Assembly (NCBI RefSeq): GCF_006345805.1
Contig: NW_021831695.1
Span: 1 to 37,304 of the forward strand
Source: Octopus sinensis
Taxonomy: Eukaryota
Direction of reading: 5' to 3'
DNA: 37,304 nucleotides
Made by a program: the position numbers and the translations under genes. Every line of letters starts with the position of its first letter. Position 1 is the stretch's first letter. Of the stretch, positions 37,037-37,304 are shown piece by piece. Below the pieces are notes generated by a model. That model did not search any database and was not told the DNA's origin. It was given only the letters and a program-made list of their open reading frames with translations.

Positions 37037-37304
37037 ACAACAACAGCAATAGCAACAGCGACCACATCAACAATTACAACCGCAACAACGATAAAAAGAA
37101 AAAAAAACTCCCATCAAAACCATTTTCATCCTGACAAAAATCAGCGTCATCATCATCATCGTCATCATCATCATCGTGAACATCATCGTGAACATCATCA
37201 TCATCATCGTCGTCGTCGTCGTCATCGCGTTCTTCATCACAATAATCAACACCAGCCTAATCATCGTCGTTGTTGTCGTCGCAGTCATCGACTCCAGCAA
37301 TCAG
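36960..37304. repeat. Low-complexity trinucleotide region (AGC/CAT/CAA/CGT)
   Basis: Directly visible triplet runs. Confidence 0.9.

Overview
AT-rich, repeat-saturated eukaryotic DNA. The tRNA-headed SINE families and the dense (TA)n/(CA)n/(GATA)n arrays suggest an octopus (coleoid cephalopod) genome; this is inference from recalled repeat families. I could not identify any host protein-coding gene, and most ORFs in the track are microsatellite read-throughs. The window holds decayed CR1-like and RTE LINE fragments, many copies of three SINE families, a full-length mariner with two frameshifts, a Tc1-like fragment with an internal inversion, a non-autonomous Helitron-type element and a 5'-truncated Penelope-like (GIY-YIG) element. 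The most interesting signal is a set of type I hammerhead-ribozyme (HHR) motifs from four different repeat families within about 7 kb (26.3-33.5 kb). They comprise a U3-A8 core-covariant HHR in a 363-bp tandem unit capped by a perfect 252-bp palindrome (retrozyme/pLTR-like), a long-stem-II HHR behind the Penelope ORF, a minimal HHR with a recurrent A6U change, and a 5'-truncated HHR. Other signals are several fold-back inversions, a 22-bp pre-miRNA-like hairpin and a repeat-poor island (17.5-20.2 kb) with promoter motifs and candidate exons. All structures were paired by eye and none is validated experimentally.
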